Shown here: positions 50,873 to 60,670 of the stretch, piece by piece | How positions within the stretch are numbered: the first letter of the stretch is position 1 | Layout of the letters: each line of letters opens with the position of its first letter | Assembly (NCBI GenBank): GCA_963816355.1 | Contig: CAWFKH010000001.1 | Coordinates: 480,001-544,000, forward strand | DNA length: 64,000 nt | Source: an uncultured Gemmatimonadales bacterium | Lineage (GTDB): Bacteria > Gemmatimonadota > Gemmatimonadetes > Longimicrobiales > RSA9 | Direction: 5' to 3' | Made by a program: the position numbers and the translations under genes | The notes under the pieces: generated by a model | Seen by the model: only the letters and a program-made list of their open reading frames with translations | Database searches by the model: none | Told to the model about the DNA's origin: nothing

Positions 50873-53620
50873 ATGGTCGACAAGCCCGAGAAGACGCACC
50901 CGCGTCTCTTCCTGATCGACGGGTACGCCCTGATCTACCGCGCGTTCTTCGCGATGATCAGCCGGCCGCTGCTGACGTCGCGTGGCGAGAACACGTCGGC
51001 GGTGTTCGGCTTCACGCGATTCCTGATGAAGATCCTGGAGGAGCACGAGCCGGACTATCTGGGGGTGGTGATGGACGCCGGGACGAGCCAGCGGGAGCAG
51101 GCGTACCCGGCGTACAAGGCGACGCGGCAGAAGATGCCGGACGAGCTGCGGGCGTCGCTGCCGCGGGTGCGCCAGGTGCTGGCGGGCTTCCGGGTGCCGG
51201 TGCTGGAGCTGGCGGACACGGAGGCGGACGACGTGATCGGGACGCTGGCGACGCGTGCGGCGGCGTCGCAAGTGGAGGCGGTGATCGTCTCGGGCGACAA
51301 GGATTTCTACCAGTTGATCGGGGACCGGATCTGTCTGTTGAATCCGGGGCGGGGCGGCGCGGCGGGGGTGGAAGAGGAGTGGGTGGACGCTCGCAACGCG
51401 TCGGATCGGCTGGGCGTGGTGCCGGAGCGGGTGATCGACTACCTGGCGCTGATCGGGGACAGCTCGGACAACATTCCGGGCGCGAAGGGGATCGGTCCGA
51501 AGACGGCGGTGCAGCTCATCGAGCGCTACGGCGACCTGGACGGCATCCTGGCGCACGTCGAGGAGATCGGGGGGAAGCGGGCGCGGGAGGCGCTGCAGGA
51601 GCACCGGGAGGAGGTGCTGCTGTCGCGCGATCTGGTGACGATCCAGCGCGACCTCCCGATCGCGCTGGATCTGGAGGCGCTGCGCATCGAGGAGCCGGAC
51701 CGGGACGCGCTGCGAGAGGCGTTCCTGGAGCTGGAGTTCCATTCGCTGGTGCGTCAGTTCGCCGCCGAAGCGGAGGCGACCGAAGCGCTGGAGGCGGAGT
51801 ACCGCACGGCGGCGGACGCGGCGACGGTGCAGGAGGTGGTGCGTCGAGCGCGCGCGGGCGGTCGGATCGCGGTGACGGTCGAGGCGACGTCGCAGGATCC
51901 GCTTCGCGGCGAGGTCGTCGGGATCGGCGTGGCGACGGCCCCGGGCGTCGCGCACTACCTGCCGCTGGGCCATCACCGCACGGGCGAGCTGGCGTTGGGC
52001 GACGGGCCGTCGAACCTGCCGCCGCTCGGAGCGGACGCGATGCGGCCGCTGGTGGAGCTGCTCGCGGACGACGCGGTGGAGAAGGTGGGCCACGACCTGA
52101 AGCGCCACCTGCTCGTGCTGCGGCGCGCGGGAGTGGAGCTGCGCGGGCTCGCGTTCGACACGATGATCGCGTCGTATCTGATCGACCCCGGCCGGCGCGA
52201 TCACGCGCTCGATTCACTGTCGCTGCAGCACCTGAAGCATCGGGCGGCGACGAGGCGGGACGTGTGCGGCGGCGGCAGGAGCGAAGTCCCGCTCGCCGAA
52301 TGCGACGTCGGGCGCGTGACGCGGTACGCGGGCGAGCAGGCGGACGTCGCGCTGCGGCTGGCGGAGATCTTCGCCGGCGAGCTGGAGCTTCAGGCGCTCA
52401 CGCCGCTCTTCCGCACGATGGAGCTGCCGCTGCTCGGTGTGCTTGCCGACATGGAGCAGGTGGGGATCCGCATCGACCGCGACTTCTTCGCGGTCATGGC
52501 GGGCAAGCTCGAGCGTGACCTGCGCCTGATCCAGGAGGAGATCTGGAAGGAGGCGGGGACGGAATTCAACATCAACTCGACGCCGCAGCTCCGCGAGATC
52601 CTCTTCGAGCGGCTCGAGCTGCCGGTGAAGAAGCGCACCAAGACGGGGCCGTCCACGGACGCGACTGTGCTCGAGGAGCTGGCGGCCGAGGGGCACCGGC
52701 TGCCGCAGCTGCTGATGGAGTTTCGGCAGGTCGACAAGCTGAAGGGGACCTACGTCGACGCACTGCCGTTGCTGGTGCATCCGGAGACCGGCCGCATCCA
52801 CACCAGCTTCAACCAGACCGTGGCGGCGACCGGCCGGCTCTCCTCCAGCGACCCGAACCTGCAGAACATTCCGATCCGCACCGAGATGGGGGCGGAGATC
52901 CGCAAGGGCTTCGTTCCCGACGACGGATTCGTCTTCCTCTCCGCCGACTACTCGCAGATCGAGCTGCGCGTGCTCGCGCACCTCTCGGGGGAGCCGGGGC
53001 TCGCGGAAGCGTTCCGGCGCAAGGTGGACATCCACCGCCAGACCGCGTCGCTCGTCTTCGACGTCCCGATCGACCACGTCGACGCACGCATGCGCAACGC
53101 GGCGAAGACGATCAACTTCGCGACGATCTACGGCATCGGCCCTTACATGCTGTCGAAGCAGCTCGGCACCGCGGTGTCCGAGGCGAAGGAGTTCATCGAG
53201 GCGTATTTCCGGCGCTTGCCGGGCGTGCGCGCCTACCTCGACCGCCAGATCGAGCTGGCGCGCGAGCGCGGCTACGTCGAGACCCTGAGCGGACGCCGCC
53301 GCTACATCCCGGAAGCGCGGAGCCGGAACTACAACATCCGTCAGTTCGGCGAACGCGCCGCGACCAACGCGCCCGTGCAGGGATCGGCGGCGGACATCAT
53401 CAAGCTGGCGATGATTTCGATCGCGCACGCGTTTCGCGAGGAGGCGGCGGGCGCGCGCATGCTGCTGCAGGTCCACGACGAGCTGGTGTTCGAGGTGCCG
53501 ACGGGCGAGGTGGAAGCGACGCGCGAGCTGGTGCGCGGCCGCATGGAGTCCGCGATGCCGCTCGACGTTCCGCTCGAGGTCAGCCTCGGCGTCGGCGCGA
53601 ACTGGTTGGAGTGCAAATAG
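50873..53620 (+). CDS. polA: DNA polymerase I
   Basis: LIDG..EADD 5'-nuclease; TGRLSSSDPNLQNIP, DYSQIELR, LQVHDELVFE. Confidence 0.97.
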   Translation: MVDKPEKTHPRLFLIDGYALIYRAFFAMISRPLLTSRGENTSAVFGFTRFLMKILEEHEPDYLGVVMDAGTSQREQAYPAYKATRQKMPDELRASLPRVRQVLAGFRVPVLELADTEADDVIGTLATRAAASQVEAVIVSGDKDFYQLIGDRICLLNPGRGGAAGVEEEWVDARNASDRLGVVPERVIDYLALIGDSSDNIPGAKGIGPKTAVQLIERYGDLDGILAHVEEIGGKRAREALQEHREEVLLSRDLVTIQRDLPIALDLEALRIEEPDRDALREAFLELEFHSLVRQFAAEAEATEALEAEYRTAADAATVQEVVRRARAGGRIAVTVEATSQDPLRGEVVGIGVATAPGVAHYLPLGHHRTGELALGDGPSNLPPLGADAMRPLVELLADDAVEKVGHDLKRHLLVLRRAGVELRGLAFDTMIASYLIDPGRRDHALDSLSLQHLKHRAATRRDVCGGGRSEVPLAECDVGRVTRYAGEQADVALRLAEIFAGELELQALTPLFRTMELPLLGVLADMEQVGIRIDRDFFAVMAGKLERDLRLIQEEIWKEAGTEFNINSTPQLREILFERLELPVKKRTKTGPSTDATVLEELAAEGHRLPQLLMEFRQVDKLKGTYVDALPLLVHPETGRIHTSFNQTVAATGRLSSSDPNLQNIPIRTEMGAEIRKGFVPDDGFVFLSADYSQIELRVLAHLSGEPGLAEAFRRKVDIHRQTASLVFDVPIDHVDARMRNAAKTINFATIYGIGPYMLSKQLGTAVSEAKEFIEAYFRRLPGVRAYLDRQIELARERGYVETLSGRRRYIPEARSRNYNIRQFGERAATNAPVQGSAADIIKLAMISIAHAFREEAAGARMLLQVHDELVFEVPTGEVEATRELVRGRMESAMPLDVPLEVSLGVGANWLECK

Positions 53621-53755
53621 CCGGGTAGGCGGCGCGTCGGCGATCGGAGGAGGACCGCCGCGCCCGCATCGACCCGATCCGCGTCCCGTCCTCCTATTCG
53701 ATCCCGCCCCCACCCGCGGCACCTTTGCATCGAACCCCAACCAGGGAGGCGTGCA

Positions 53756-54184
53756 ATGGGCCGTTCCGTGAACAAGGTGATCCTCGTGGGCAACGTGGGC
53801 CGTGACCCGGACGTGCAGACGACGGCGAACGGCGTCAAGGTGGCGCATCTCTCGCTCGCGACCAGCCGCCGCATCCCGCGCGGCGGCCGCGTCGAGGAGC
53901 GCACCGAGTGGCATCGGCTGACGCTGTGGGACCGCCTCGCCGGGATCGCCGCGGACCACGTCCGCAAGGGAGACCGGCTCTACGTCGAGGGGCGCATGGA
54001 GTACGACTCCTTCGAGCGCAACGGCATCACCATCCCGACCGCCGAGGTCCAGGTTCGTGAGTTCGTGATGCTGGGTGGACCGCGCTCGAACGGCGCCAAC
54101 GGCGCGAGCGCGGCGGTGGACGCGGCGGAGGAAGCGGACACGGAGGAGGCGCTCGAGGCGGAGCTGGAGGTGGAGGAAGTCTGA
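53756..54184 (+). CDS. ssb: single-stranded DNA-binding protein
   Basis: SVNKVILVGNVGRDP, TEWHR, KGDRLYVEGR. Confidence 0.92.
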   Translation: MGRSVNKVILVGNVGRDPDVQTTANGVKVAHLSLATSRRIPRGGRVEERTEWHRLTLWDRLAGIAADHVRKGDRLYVEGRMEYDSFERNGITIPTAEVQVREFVMLGGPRSNGANGASAAVDAAEEADTEEALEAELEVEEV

Positions 54185-54197
54185 CGCCGCGCCGCTT

Positions 54198-56348
54198 TCA
54201 GAGCGTGTCCCAGAGGAGCGAGCTGGCGGAGAGGGTGAAGCTCCAGCGGCCGCCGCGCAGCCCGCGCACCACGTCGAATCGGGCCGCGTCCGAGAAGACG
54301 CCGAGGCCGGCCCCGACGTAGGGACGCACTCCACCGGTAGGGGTCTGCGGCCACGAGGACGGCGGGGCGGCCCTCGCCAGATCGGTCCAGCCGGCGCCCG
54401 CCGTGACGTGGGCGGACAGCGACGGAGTGCCGAGGTCGCGCGAGCCGTCGAGCGCGACGCGGGCGAGGCGGTCGCCGACGAACGCGCGGTACGCGTAGCC
54501 TGGCAGCGTTCCGACGCCGCCGATCAGGAAGAGCCGTTGCGGCGGCGGCTCGCCCAGGGCGGCGGCAGCCTCGAAATCGAGGCGCACCGTCCCGCGTAGC
54601 GTCGCGCTCGGCCATGCGAGGCGCACGGCGAATCGTGGTACGCCGTAGGCGCGGCCGGCGAGGGTGCCCACGCTCAGGGACGCATCCGCGCCGGTGCCGC
54701 CGAAAGGCGACGCGATCGGCCGCTCCACGTCGAGCCGACCCTCGACGAGCGTCCCCTCCGCGATCGGCAGCACGGGACGGTCGAGCGCGCTGCGGTCGAA
54801 GATGGAAGAGGCGGTGGTGAGACGGGCCGACGCGTGCCGCGCGACGTCGAGGTGCGCGCGCGCCCGCCATGCTCCGAAGGGCCGTTCCACGCTCACGCCC
54901 GCACCGGAGGCGTAGTAGAGGTCGAAGTAGTCCCGCCCGAGCAGCGCCGCCGATGCGGTGTTGATCGCACCGGGGAGCGGGGGGCGAAGCCCGAGATCGA
55001 ACGGACGGTTCAGGAAGCCATCCACACCGAGGCGCCAGCCGGGAGTCCGGCCGTGGAGGAGCGAAATGGAGAGCGGCACGTGGCGGGCTCCGAAAGCGAA
55101 GCCGAAGCCGGTGCCGAGCCGCGTCTCCGCGCCGGTCCGGAAGGAGAGGCCGGCGCCGAGGAAGAGGCCTTCCGCGCGGTTGAAGCGAAGGAAGGAAGAG
55201 GCGTTGTCGAAGTCGAGTCTGAGGCGCGGGAGGCCGCTCAGCACCATAGCGCCCACGAGCCCCTCGACCTCGCCTCGCAGGGAGGCGAGGTCACCCGTCG
55301 CCGCGAGACCCTCCTGCTGGAGGTCGGCGTACAGGCTGTCCTCGAACGGGAAGCGGTGCAGGAGGCTGTCGGGCAGCGCCTCGACGCGGGGGCCGCGAAG
55401 CGCGGCCGCGGTGACCGGCACGTTGAAGCGATAGTTCGTGATGCGGTAGCGGCCGCGGATCACGGAGCCGATCGGGATGTCCAGCTCCGGAACCTGCCGC
55501 CGGATCTCGATCTGCTGCTCGTGCGGCAGCCAGTAGCGGCCCTCCCACAGGCCGTTGTCGAGCGAGATCCGGATGTAGTCCAGACGCTTGTCCACGTAGG
55601 AGGCGGGAGTGAAGGTGAACGTCATGCGGACGATCGCCGCCGAGCTCCGCTCCAGGTACATCGCCCCGACGTAAGCGGGCTGCGTCCGGTCGCGCGGCCG
55701 CACGTCCACTTCATAGACGCGGAGCGGCTCCGCCCTTCCCGGCAGCCGAAGCGTCAGCGAATCGGCGAGCCGGTACTCGTACACGCGCCGGCCGCCCGGG
55801 GCCGCCGGGTGAAGCACGCTGCGCACCTCGTCGCCGTCGCCGAGGCGGATGACGTTGCCGAAGTCGTTCTGGACGATCGTGAGGTGATCGAGGTGGTACC
55901 GCATCTGGTTGGGAAGCCGGTCCTCGTCGCGGCGTCCGACGATTCGTTGCTTCGTGATGCCCGGCGCCGCCCACAGGACCTGCAGCGCGATCTGGTCCGT
56001 CTTCACCAGGTTCCGCCGGTCGCCGTCGTCGCGGTCCAGGTAGAAGTAGAGCCAGCCCCGCGCGTCCGCCTGATAGCTGCGCAAGCTGTCGCGCTCGAGC
56101 GGCTCGCGACGACGCGCGACCGCCCGCTCGACCAGACGCAACACCTGCCGCGAGTCCCAGCCGCCCGCGGCCGCATCGGCCGTGTCGGGACCGGCCAGCG
56201 CCTGAGGCGCCGCCGGCGTCCCCTGCGCACGCACTTCCGTCCCGCTGACGGCGAGCACCAGCGCGGCGGCGAACGCCATCGCGCCGCGCCCGTAGAGCGC
56301 GGAGGGGGAAGCCGCGGGACGGCCGTGAGGAAGGGGCTTCGACGTCAT
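54198..56348 (-). CDS. exported hypothetical protein, probable outer-membrane beta-barrel (alternative start ATG 56279)
   Basis: signal peptide (VRA-Q); RFNRAEGLFLG; amphipathic beta-strands in the C-half. Confidence 0.7.
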   Translation of the reverse strand: MTSKPLPHGRPAASPSALYGRGAMAFAAALVLAVSGTEVRAQGTPAAPQALAGPDTADAAAGGWDSRQVLRLVERAVARRREPLERDSLRSYQADARGWLYFYLDRDDGDRRNLVKTDQIALQVLWAAPGITKQRIVGRRDEDRLPNQMRYHLDHLTIVQNDFGNVIRLGDGDEVRSVLHPAAPGGRRVYEYRLADSLTLRLPGRAEPLRVYEVDVRPRDRTQPAYVGAMYLERSSAAIVRMTFTFTPASYVDKRLDYIRISLDNGLWEGRYWLPHEQQIEIRRQVPELDIPIGSVIRGRYRITNYRFNVPVTAAALRGPRVEALPDSLLHRFPFEDSLYADLQQEGLAATGDLASLRGEVEGLVGAMVLSGLPRLRLDFDNASSFLRFNRAEGLFLGAGLSFRTGAETRLGTGFGFAFGARHVPLSISLLHGRTPGWRLGVDGFLNRPFDLGLRPPLPGAINTASAALLGRDYFDLYYASGAGVSVERPFGAWRARAHLDVARHASARLTTASSIFDRSALDRPVLPIAEGTLVEGRLDVERPIASPFGGTGADASLSVGTLAGRAYGVPRFAVRLAWPSATLRGTVRLDFEAAAALGEPPPQRLFLIGGVGTLPGYAYRAFVGDRLARVALDGSRDLGTPSLSAHVTAGAGWTDLARAAPPSSWPQTPTGGVRPYVGAGLGVFSDAARFDVVRGLRGGRWSFTLSASSLLWDTL

Positions 56349-56359
56349 GCCTGAGTCCG

Positions 56360-56394
56360 GAAAACCGGAGAGCCCGGCGTCGGCCGGGCTCTCC
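56360..56394 (-). terminator. terminator after the sigma factor gene
   Basis: perfect 12-bp stem GGAGAGCCCGGC/GCCGGGCTCTCC then GGUUUU on the minus strand. Confidence 0.6.
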
Positions 56395-56451
56395 CGTGGG
56401 GCGCGGCCACCCGGCCGCCTTCCCCGAACCACTGCGGTGAAACGGGCTGCG

Positions 56452-57312
56452 TCAGCTCATGCTCCAGAATCCGGAAAGCGCTTCCCCATCCGGACTCTCC
56501 CGCAGCTTCTCGAACGCGCGGTTGCGGATCTGGCGAATGCGCTCGCGCGTGACGCCGAGCAGCGAGCCGATCTCCTCCAACGTACGCTCCTCACCGTCGT
56601 CGAGGCCGTAGTAGAGGTAGAGAATCTTCCGTTCCCGCTCCGTCAGGTACTTCTCGAACATGCGGTCCAGGAACTCGCGCCGCGCCTGCCACTCCACGAG
56701 ATCCTCAATGTCGTCCGACTCGATCCCCGAGAAGCGCTCGCCGAACGAAGCGCTGTCCCGGTCACCACGGTCGATCGGCGCGTCGAGCGAAAGCTCCGAC
56801 GCCGCGACCCGCCGCAACGCACGGATCGTCTCCAGCGGCTCGCCCATCTCCGACGCGATCTCCTGATCCGACGGCGAACGGCCGAGCGTCTGCGTCAACT
56901 GCGTCTCCATCCGCGACAGCTTCACCAGATTCGAATTCTGGTTCAGCGGGATCCGCACCGACCGCGTCTGCTCCGCCAGCGCCTGCAGCACCGTCTGCCG
57001 GATCCACCACACCGCATACGAGATGAACTTGACCCCCTTGTTGGGATCGAACTTCTTCACCGCCTTCAGCAGCCCCTCGTTGCCGATGCACACCAACTCG
57101 GCGAGTCCCAGACCCCGGCCCTGGTACTTCTTCACGTAGGAAATCACGAACCGGAGGTTTGCCGTCACCAAACGCTCCGCGGCTTCCTTGTCTCCGGCGC
57201 GCGCGCGCCGGGCCAGCTCACGTTCCTCTTCGGGATCCTCAATCAGCGGGTACTTCTCCACATCGAGGAGATACTGGTCGAATGAGTCCAAAGCGCGAGA
57301 GTTCACGAACAT
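56452..57312 (-). CDS. RpoD/SigA-family sigma factor lacking region 1.1
   Basis: ANLRFVI, GNEGLLKAV..FDP..KFISYAVWWIRQ, TLEEIG..VTRERIRQI. Confidence 0.93.
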   Translation of the reverse strand: MFVNSRALDSFDQYLLDVEKYPLIEDPEEERELARRARAGDKEAAERLVTANLRFVISYVKKYQGRGLGLAELVCIGNEGLLKAVKKFDPNKGVKFISYAVWWIRQTVLQALAEQTRSVRIPLNQNSNLVKLSRMETQLTQTLGRSPSDQEIASEMGEPLETIRALRRVAASELSLDAPIDRGDRDSASFGERFSGIESDDIEDLVEWQARREFLDRMFEKYLTERERKILYLYYGLDDGEERTLEEIGSLLGVTRERIRQIRNRAFEKLRESPDGEALSGFWSMS

Positions 57313-57340
57313 GGACGCGCGATCCTCGGTGAAGGGTGAG

Positions 57341-57384
57341 AAAACAAAAAAACAGCGGGGCGTCGTTGCCGACGCGGCGCTGTT
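57341..57384 (-). terminator. terminator/attenuator in the sigma factor leader
   Basis: AACAGCG-cc-GCGTCG GCAA CGACGC-cc-CGCTGTT then UUUUUGUUUU, 29 nt before the ATG. Confidence 0.7.
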
Positions 57385-57387
57385 CTT

Positions 57388-57465
57388 CTAACGAAGCCGG
57401 CCGCCCCACTCCAGCGGCCCGGAAAGCCTCGAGAAAGCCTTCGAACGAGTTCGGGTCATAAGCAT
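57388..57465 (-). CDS. putative leader peptide MLMTRTRSKAFSRLSGPLEWGGRLR
   Basis: ATG just after the -10 box; stop 3 nt before the terminator stem; no SD. Confidence 0.35.
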   Translation of the reverse strand: MLMTRTRSKAFSRLSGPLEWGGRLR

Positions 57466-57469
57466 ACCG

Positions 57470-57498
57470 AATCTATAGGAGCCGGCTGTCGGTGTAAA
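57470..57498 (-). promoter_or_regulatory. sigma70-type promoter
   Basis: TTTACA-17nt-TAGATT. Confidence 0.6.
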
Positions 57499-57571
57499 GC
57501 CTGACGGGGGCGTCGTCGAACGGACTACCCGTCCGGCCGCGGCGAGTTCCGCGCGCGCACTAAACATATGT

Positions 57572-57913
57572 TCAGGGGGCGCCGCCCAACTCGTCGTAGG
57601 TCGCGACGGCGCGACGGAGGTGAGGAATGACGATGGAGCCGCCGACGACGAGGCCGACGGAGAGAGCTTCGAGGAGCTCGGGCTCGGAGACTTCCTCCTC
57701 GATGCAGCGGGTGATGTGGTAGGTGACGCAGTCGTCGCAGCGGAGCACGAGGGAGGCGACGAGGCCGAGGAGCTCCTTGGTGCGGGTGGAGAGGGCGCCG
57801 TCGTCGTAGACGCGGGAGTCGAGGGCGAAGAAGCGGCGGATCTCGAGGTTGTCGGCGGCGAGGATGCGTTCGTTCATGCGCTCGCGGAAGCGACGGAATT
57901 CTTCGATGCTCAT
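57572..57913 (-). CDS. carboxymuconolactone decarboxylase/AhpD family protein
   Basis: GALSTRTKELLGL..RCDDCVTYH; ATGA overlap. Confidence 0.9.
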   Translation of the reverse strand: MSIEEFRRFRERMNERILAADNLEIRRFFALDSRVYDDGALSTRTKELLGLVASLVLRCDDCVTYHITRCIEEEVSEPELLEALSVGLVVGGSIVIPHLRRAVATYDELGGAP

Positions 57914-58899
57914 GGCGCGTAGGGTCCGGGTTCGAGGCAAAAGAGGTCGAGGTCGGGCGGGGGCGATTCCTTGAGGAGGAAGAGGGTGAAGGGGCCGCTG
58001 TCGGCATGGAGCTCGACGGCGTCGAGCCACGGTCCGGGGGCGATGCGGCCGCCGTGGAGCGGGCCGAGGGAGGCGCGGTGGCCGCGCAGGTGGCTGCGGT
58101 AGAGGAAATCGGCGGTCCCGGGTGCGAGGACGATCCAGCCGTCGTGGTAGTCGGGCACGGAGGGGACGCCCCTGAGCGCGGCGCGGGCCAGGACGCGGGG
58201 CGGATCGCCGGGAGCGGGCGGCGGCAGGAGTCCGCGTAGCCGGCGGGGCAGCTCGTGCTCGCTGGACCATCTGCGGGGCCGCAGGAGGGCGTGGGCGCGG
58301 GCGAACTGAGCGCGGATGGCGAGGTGGAAGAGGCGCCACGCACGAGGACCGAAGGCGGCGACCCAGACGAGGGTCGCGGCGGCGATCGGCAGCGCGATCC
58401 GGGGGCGGGTCCGGAAGGAGAGGGCGAGGGTGAGGGCGACGGCGGTGTAGGCGAGGTGGAGCGCGACCTCGTGGCGGGTGGTGCGCCGCGGCTCGACGGA
58501 GGCGAGGAGGGTGGCGCGGGAGGCGTGGGCGGCGAAGGCGATCGCGGCGCCGGCGATGGCGATGGTGCCACGGCCGGCGGAGGAGAGGCCGGGCTGCAAG
58601 GCGTCGAGGAAGGGGAGGGCGAGGAGGGCTGCGATGGCGGGTTTGGCGAGGGCATGGATGGAGGCCCATGCGGAGGCGAGGAGGGGGAGGCGCTCGATGG
58701 CGACCTCGATGGCGGCGAGGAGGATCGCGGTGATGATGAGGAGCGGATGTTCGAGGCCGCGGAGCTGCGGCGGCAGGGGGATCGTGCCCCAGCCGAGGCG
58801 TGAGGCGAGGCCGAGCGCGAGGATGGTGGCGTAGAGGTTGAGGCCGCAGGCGAGGCCGAGGGCGAGGGTGCTGCCCAGGGCGGCGACGGTGGGAATCAC
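57910..58899 (-). CDS. DUF4126-like membrane protein with C-terminal soluble domain
   Basis: LGLACGLNLYAT..LPPQL..LEHP N-terminus. Confidence 0.7.
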   Translation of the reverse strand: MIPTVAALGSTLALGLACGLNLYATILALGLASRLGWGTIPLPPQLRGLEHPLLIITAILLAAIEVAIERLPLLASAWASIHALAKPAIAALLALPFLDALQPGLSSAGRGTIAIAGAAIAFAAHASRATLLASVEPRRTTRHEVALHLAYTAVALTLALSFRTRPRIALPIAAATLVWVAAFGPRAWRLFHLAIRAQFARAHALLRPRRWSSEHELPRRLRGLLPPPAPGDPPRVLARAALRGVPSVPDYHDGWIVLAPGTADFLYRSHLRGHRASLGPLHGGRIAPGPWLDAVELHADSGPFTLFLLKESPPPDLDLFCLEPGPYAP

Positions 58900-60182
58900 G
58901 CGGGGTCGTGGCGCTTGAGGACGAGCGCCGCGTTGATGCCGCCGAAGCCGAAGGAGTTGGAGAGCGCGATCGTCGGACGGAGCTCACGGCCGCGATTGGG
59001 GATGTAGTCGAGGTCGCAGCCTTTGCCGCCCTCCTCGAAGTTGAGCGTGGGGGGAACCCAGCCGCGTTGGAAGCTGAGGCAGAGGATGCCCGCCTCGATG
59101 GCGCCGGATGCGCCGAGGGCGTGGCCGTGGTAGGGCTTCGTGGCGGAGACGGGCACGCGGTAGGCGTGGTCGCCGAGGACGCGTTTGATGGCGATCGTCT
59201 CGGTGGCGTCGTTGAGCGGCGTCGAGGAGCCGTGCGCGCTGACCAGGTCGACCGCTTCCGGCTCGACGGCGGCGCTGGCGAGGGCGAGGCCCATGGCGCG
59301 CGCGGCCTGGCGACCGTCGGGCCGCGGGGCGGCCATGTGGTGGGCGTCGTTGGTGGTGCCGTAGCCGGCGATCTCGGCGTAGATGCGGGCGCCGCGGGCG
59401 AGGGCGAGGTCGAGGCGTTCGAGGGTGAGGACGCAGGCGCCCTCGCCCATGACGAATCCGTCGCGGCCGCGATCGAAGGGGCGGCAGGCGCGGCCGGGCG
59501 CATCGTTGCGCGTGCTCATCGCGCGGATGATGGCGAACGCGCCGAAGGAGAGAGGAGCCAGGGGCGCTTCGACGCCGCCGGCGAGCGCGATGTCGGCGCT
59601 GCCGTCGCGGATGAGGCGCCACGCCTCGCCGATCGCGATCGTGCCGGAGGCGCACGACATCGCGTTGGTCGAGTTGGCGCCGGTGAAGCCGAACGCGATG
59701 GCGACGGTGCAGCTCGCGGCGCCGCAGAAGGTGGTGAGCGCGACGCGCGGGTCGACGCTGCGGACGCCGCCGGTGCCGAGGCGGACGACCTGCTCCTCGG
59801 CGTGGGCGACGCCGCCGAGGGCGGAGCCCATCTGGACGGCGACGCGGTCGCCATCGACGCCGGCCGGATCGAGGCCGGCGTCGCGGAGCGAGAGGGTGCT
59901 GGCGGCGACGGCGAACTGGGTGAAGCGGTCGAGGCGGCGCGCGTCGGCGGACTCCATGAAGTCGCGCGCATCGAAGTCGGCGATCTCACAGGCGATGCGG
60001 CAGCGCCACAACGTCGAGTCGAAGCGGGTGACGGGCCCGATCGGGGAACGCTCCTGCCGCAGGCCGTTCCACAGGCCCTCGACGCCGAGCCCGGCGCCGG
60101 TGAGCGGGCCGACGCCTGTGACGACGACGCGGTGCGGCGGGCCGTTCGAGTGTGGCGGCGCGGATTGCGGGTGGGTGCTCAT
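58896..60182 (-). CDS. beta-ketoacyl synthase (FabF/KAS II fold)
   Basis: RVVVTG, active-site MSCASG, AHGSST, GHALGA, NSFGFGG. Confidence 0.92.
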   Translation of the reverse strand: MSTHPQSAPPHSNGPPHRVVVTGVGPLTGAGLGVEGLWNGLRQERSPIGPVTRFDSTLWRCRIACEIADFDARDFMESADARRLDRFTQFAVAASTLSLRDAGLDPAGVDGDRVAVQMGSALGGVAHAEEQVVRLGTGGVRSVDPRVALTTFCGAASCTVAIAFGFTGANSTNAMSCASGTIAIGEAWRLIRDGSADIALAGGVEAPLAPLSFGAFAIIRAMSTRNDAPGRACRPFDRGRDGFVMGEGACVLTLERLDLALARGARIYAEIAGYGTTNDAHHMAAPRPDGRQAARAMGLALASAAVEPEAVDLVSAHGSSTPLNDATETIAIKRVLGDHAYRVPVSATKPYHGHALGASGAIEAGILCLSFQRGWVPPTLNFEEGGKGCDLDYIPNRGRELRPTIALSNSFGFGGINAALVLKRHDPA

Positions 60183-60670
60183 GCGTCGGCGCTCGAGCGC
60201 GAGCGGGGTGCGGAGCGGGCCGCTTCGTCGGCGACGCCCGCGAGAGTGCGCCTGGCGATGGCGCTGACGAAGCGGGGGCCGATGACGAGGTCGGCGGCGG
60301 CGCGCCCGACGAGAGGCCAGGGCGGACCGTCCCACTGGTGGACGACGCGGACGCGGGTCGCCTCTCCCACTGGCTCGAATTCCCAGCGGACGCGCATGCC
60401 GCGCGTGATGCCGTCGATGTGGCGGTAGAGGATCGCGGGCGCCTGTTCGTCGAAGCTCATGTCGGAGACCCACCAGGTGGGATAGCGGAGGGGGCCCGCG
60501 AAATCGCGCCAGGCGGCCATCTCGACGCGGCCGGTCGCGAAGGCGCGCTTGTCGTGGAAGCGGACCCAGCGGTAGTGCGGGAGGATCTCCGGCCAGCGCT
60601 CGACGTCGGCCGCGACGCGGACGCACTCCCGTAGCGCGGCGGGCATCAGGTGCTCATCGGAGGTGATCAT
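60179..60670 (-). CDS. SRPBCC/START polyketide cyclase-aromatase family protein
   Basis: AADVERWPEILPHYRWVRF; GITRGMRVRWEF. Confidence 0.85.
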   Translation of the reverse strand: MITSDEHLMPAALRECVRVAADVERWPEILPHYRWVRFHDKRAFATGRVEMAAWRDFAGPLRYPTWWVSDMSFDEQAPAILYRHIDGITRGMRVRWEFEPVGEATRVRVVHQWDGPPWPLVGRAAADLVIGPRFVSAIARRTLAGVADEAARSAPRSRSSADA

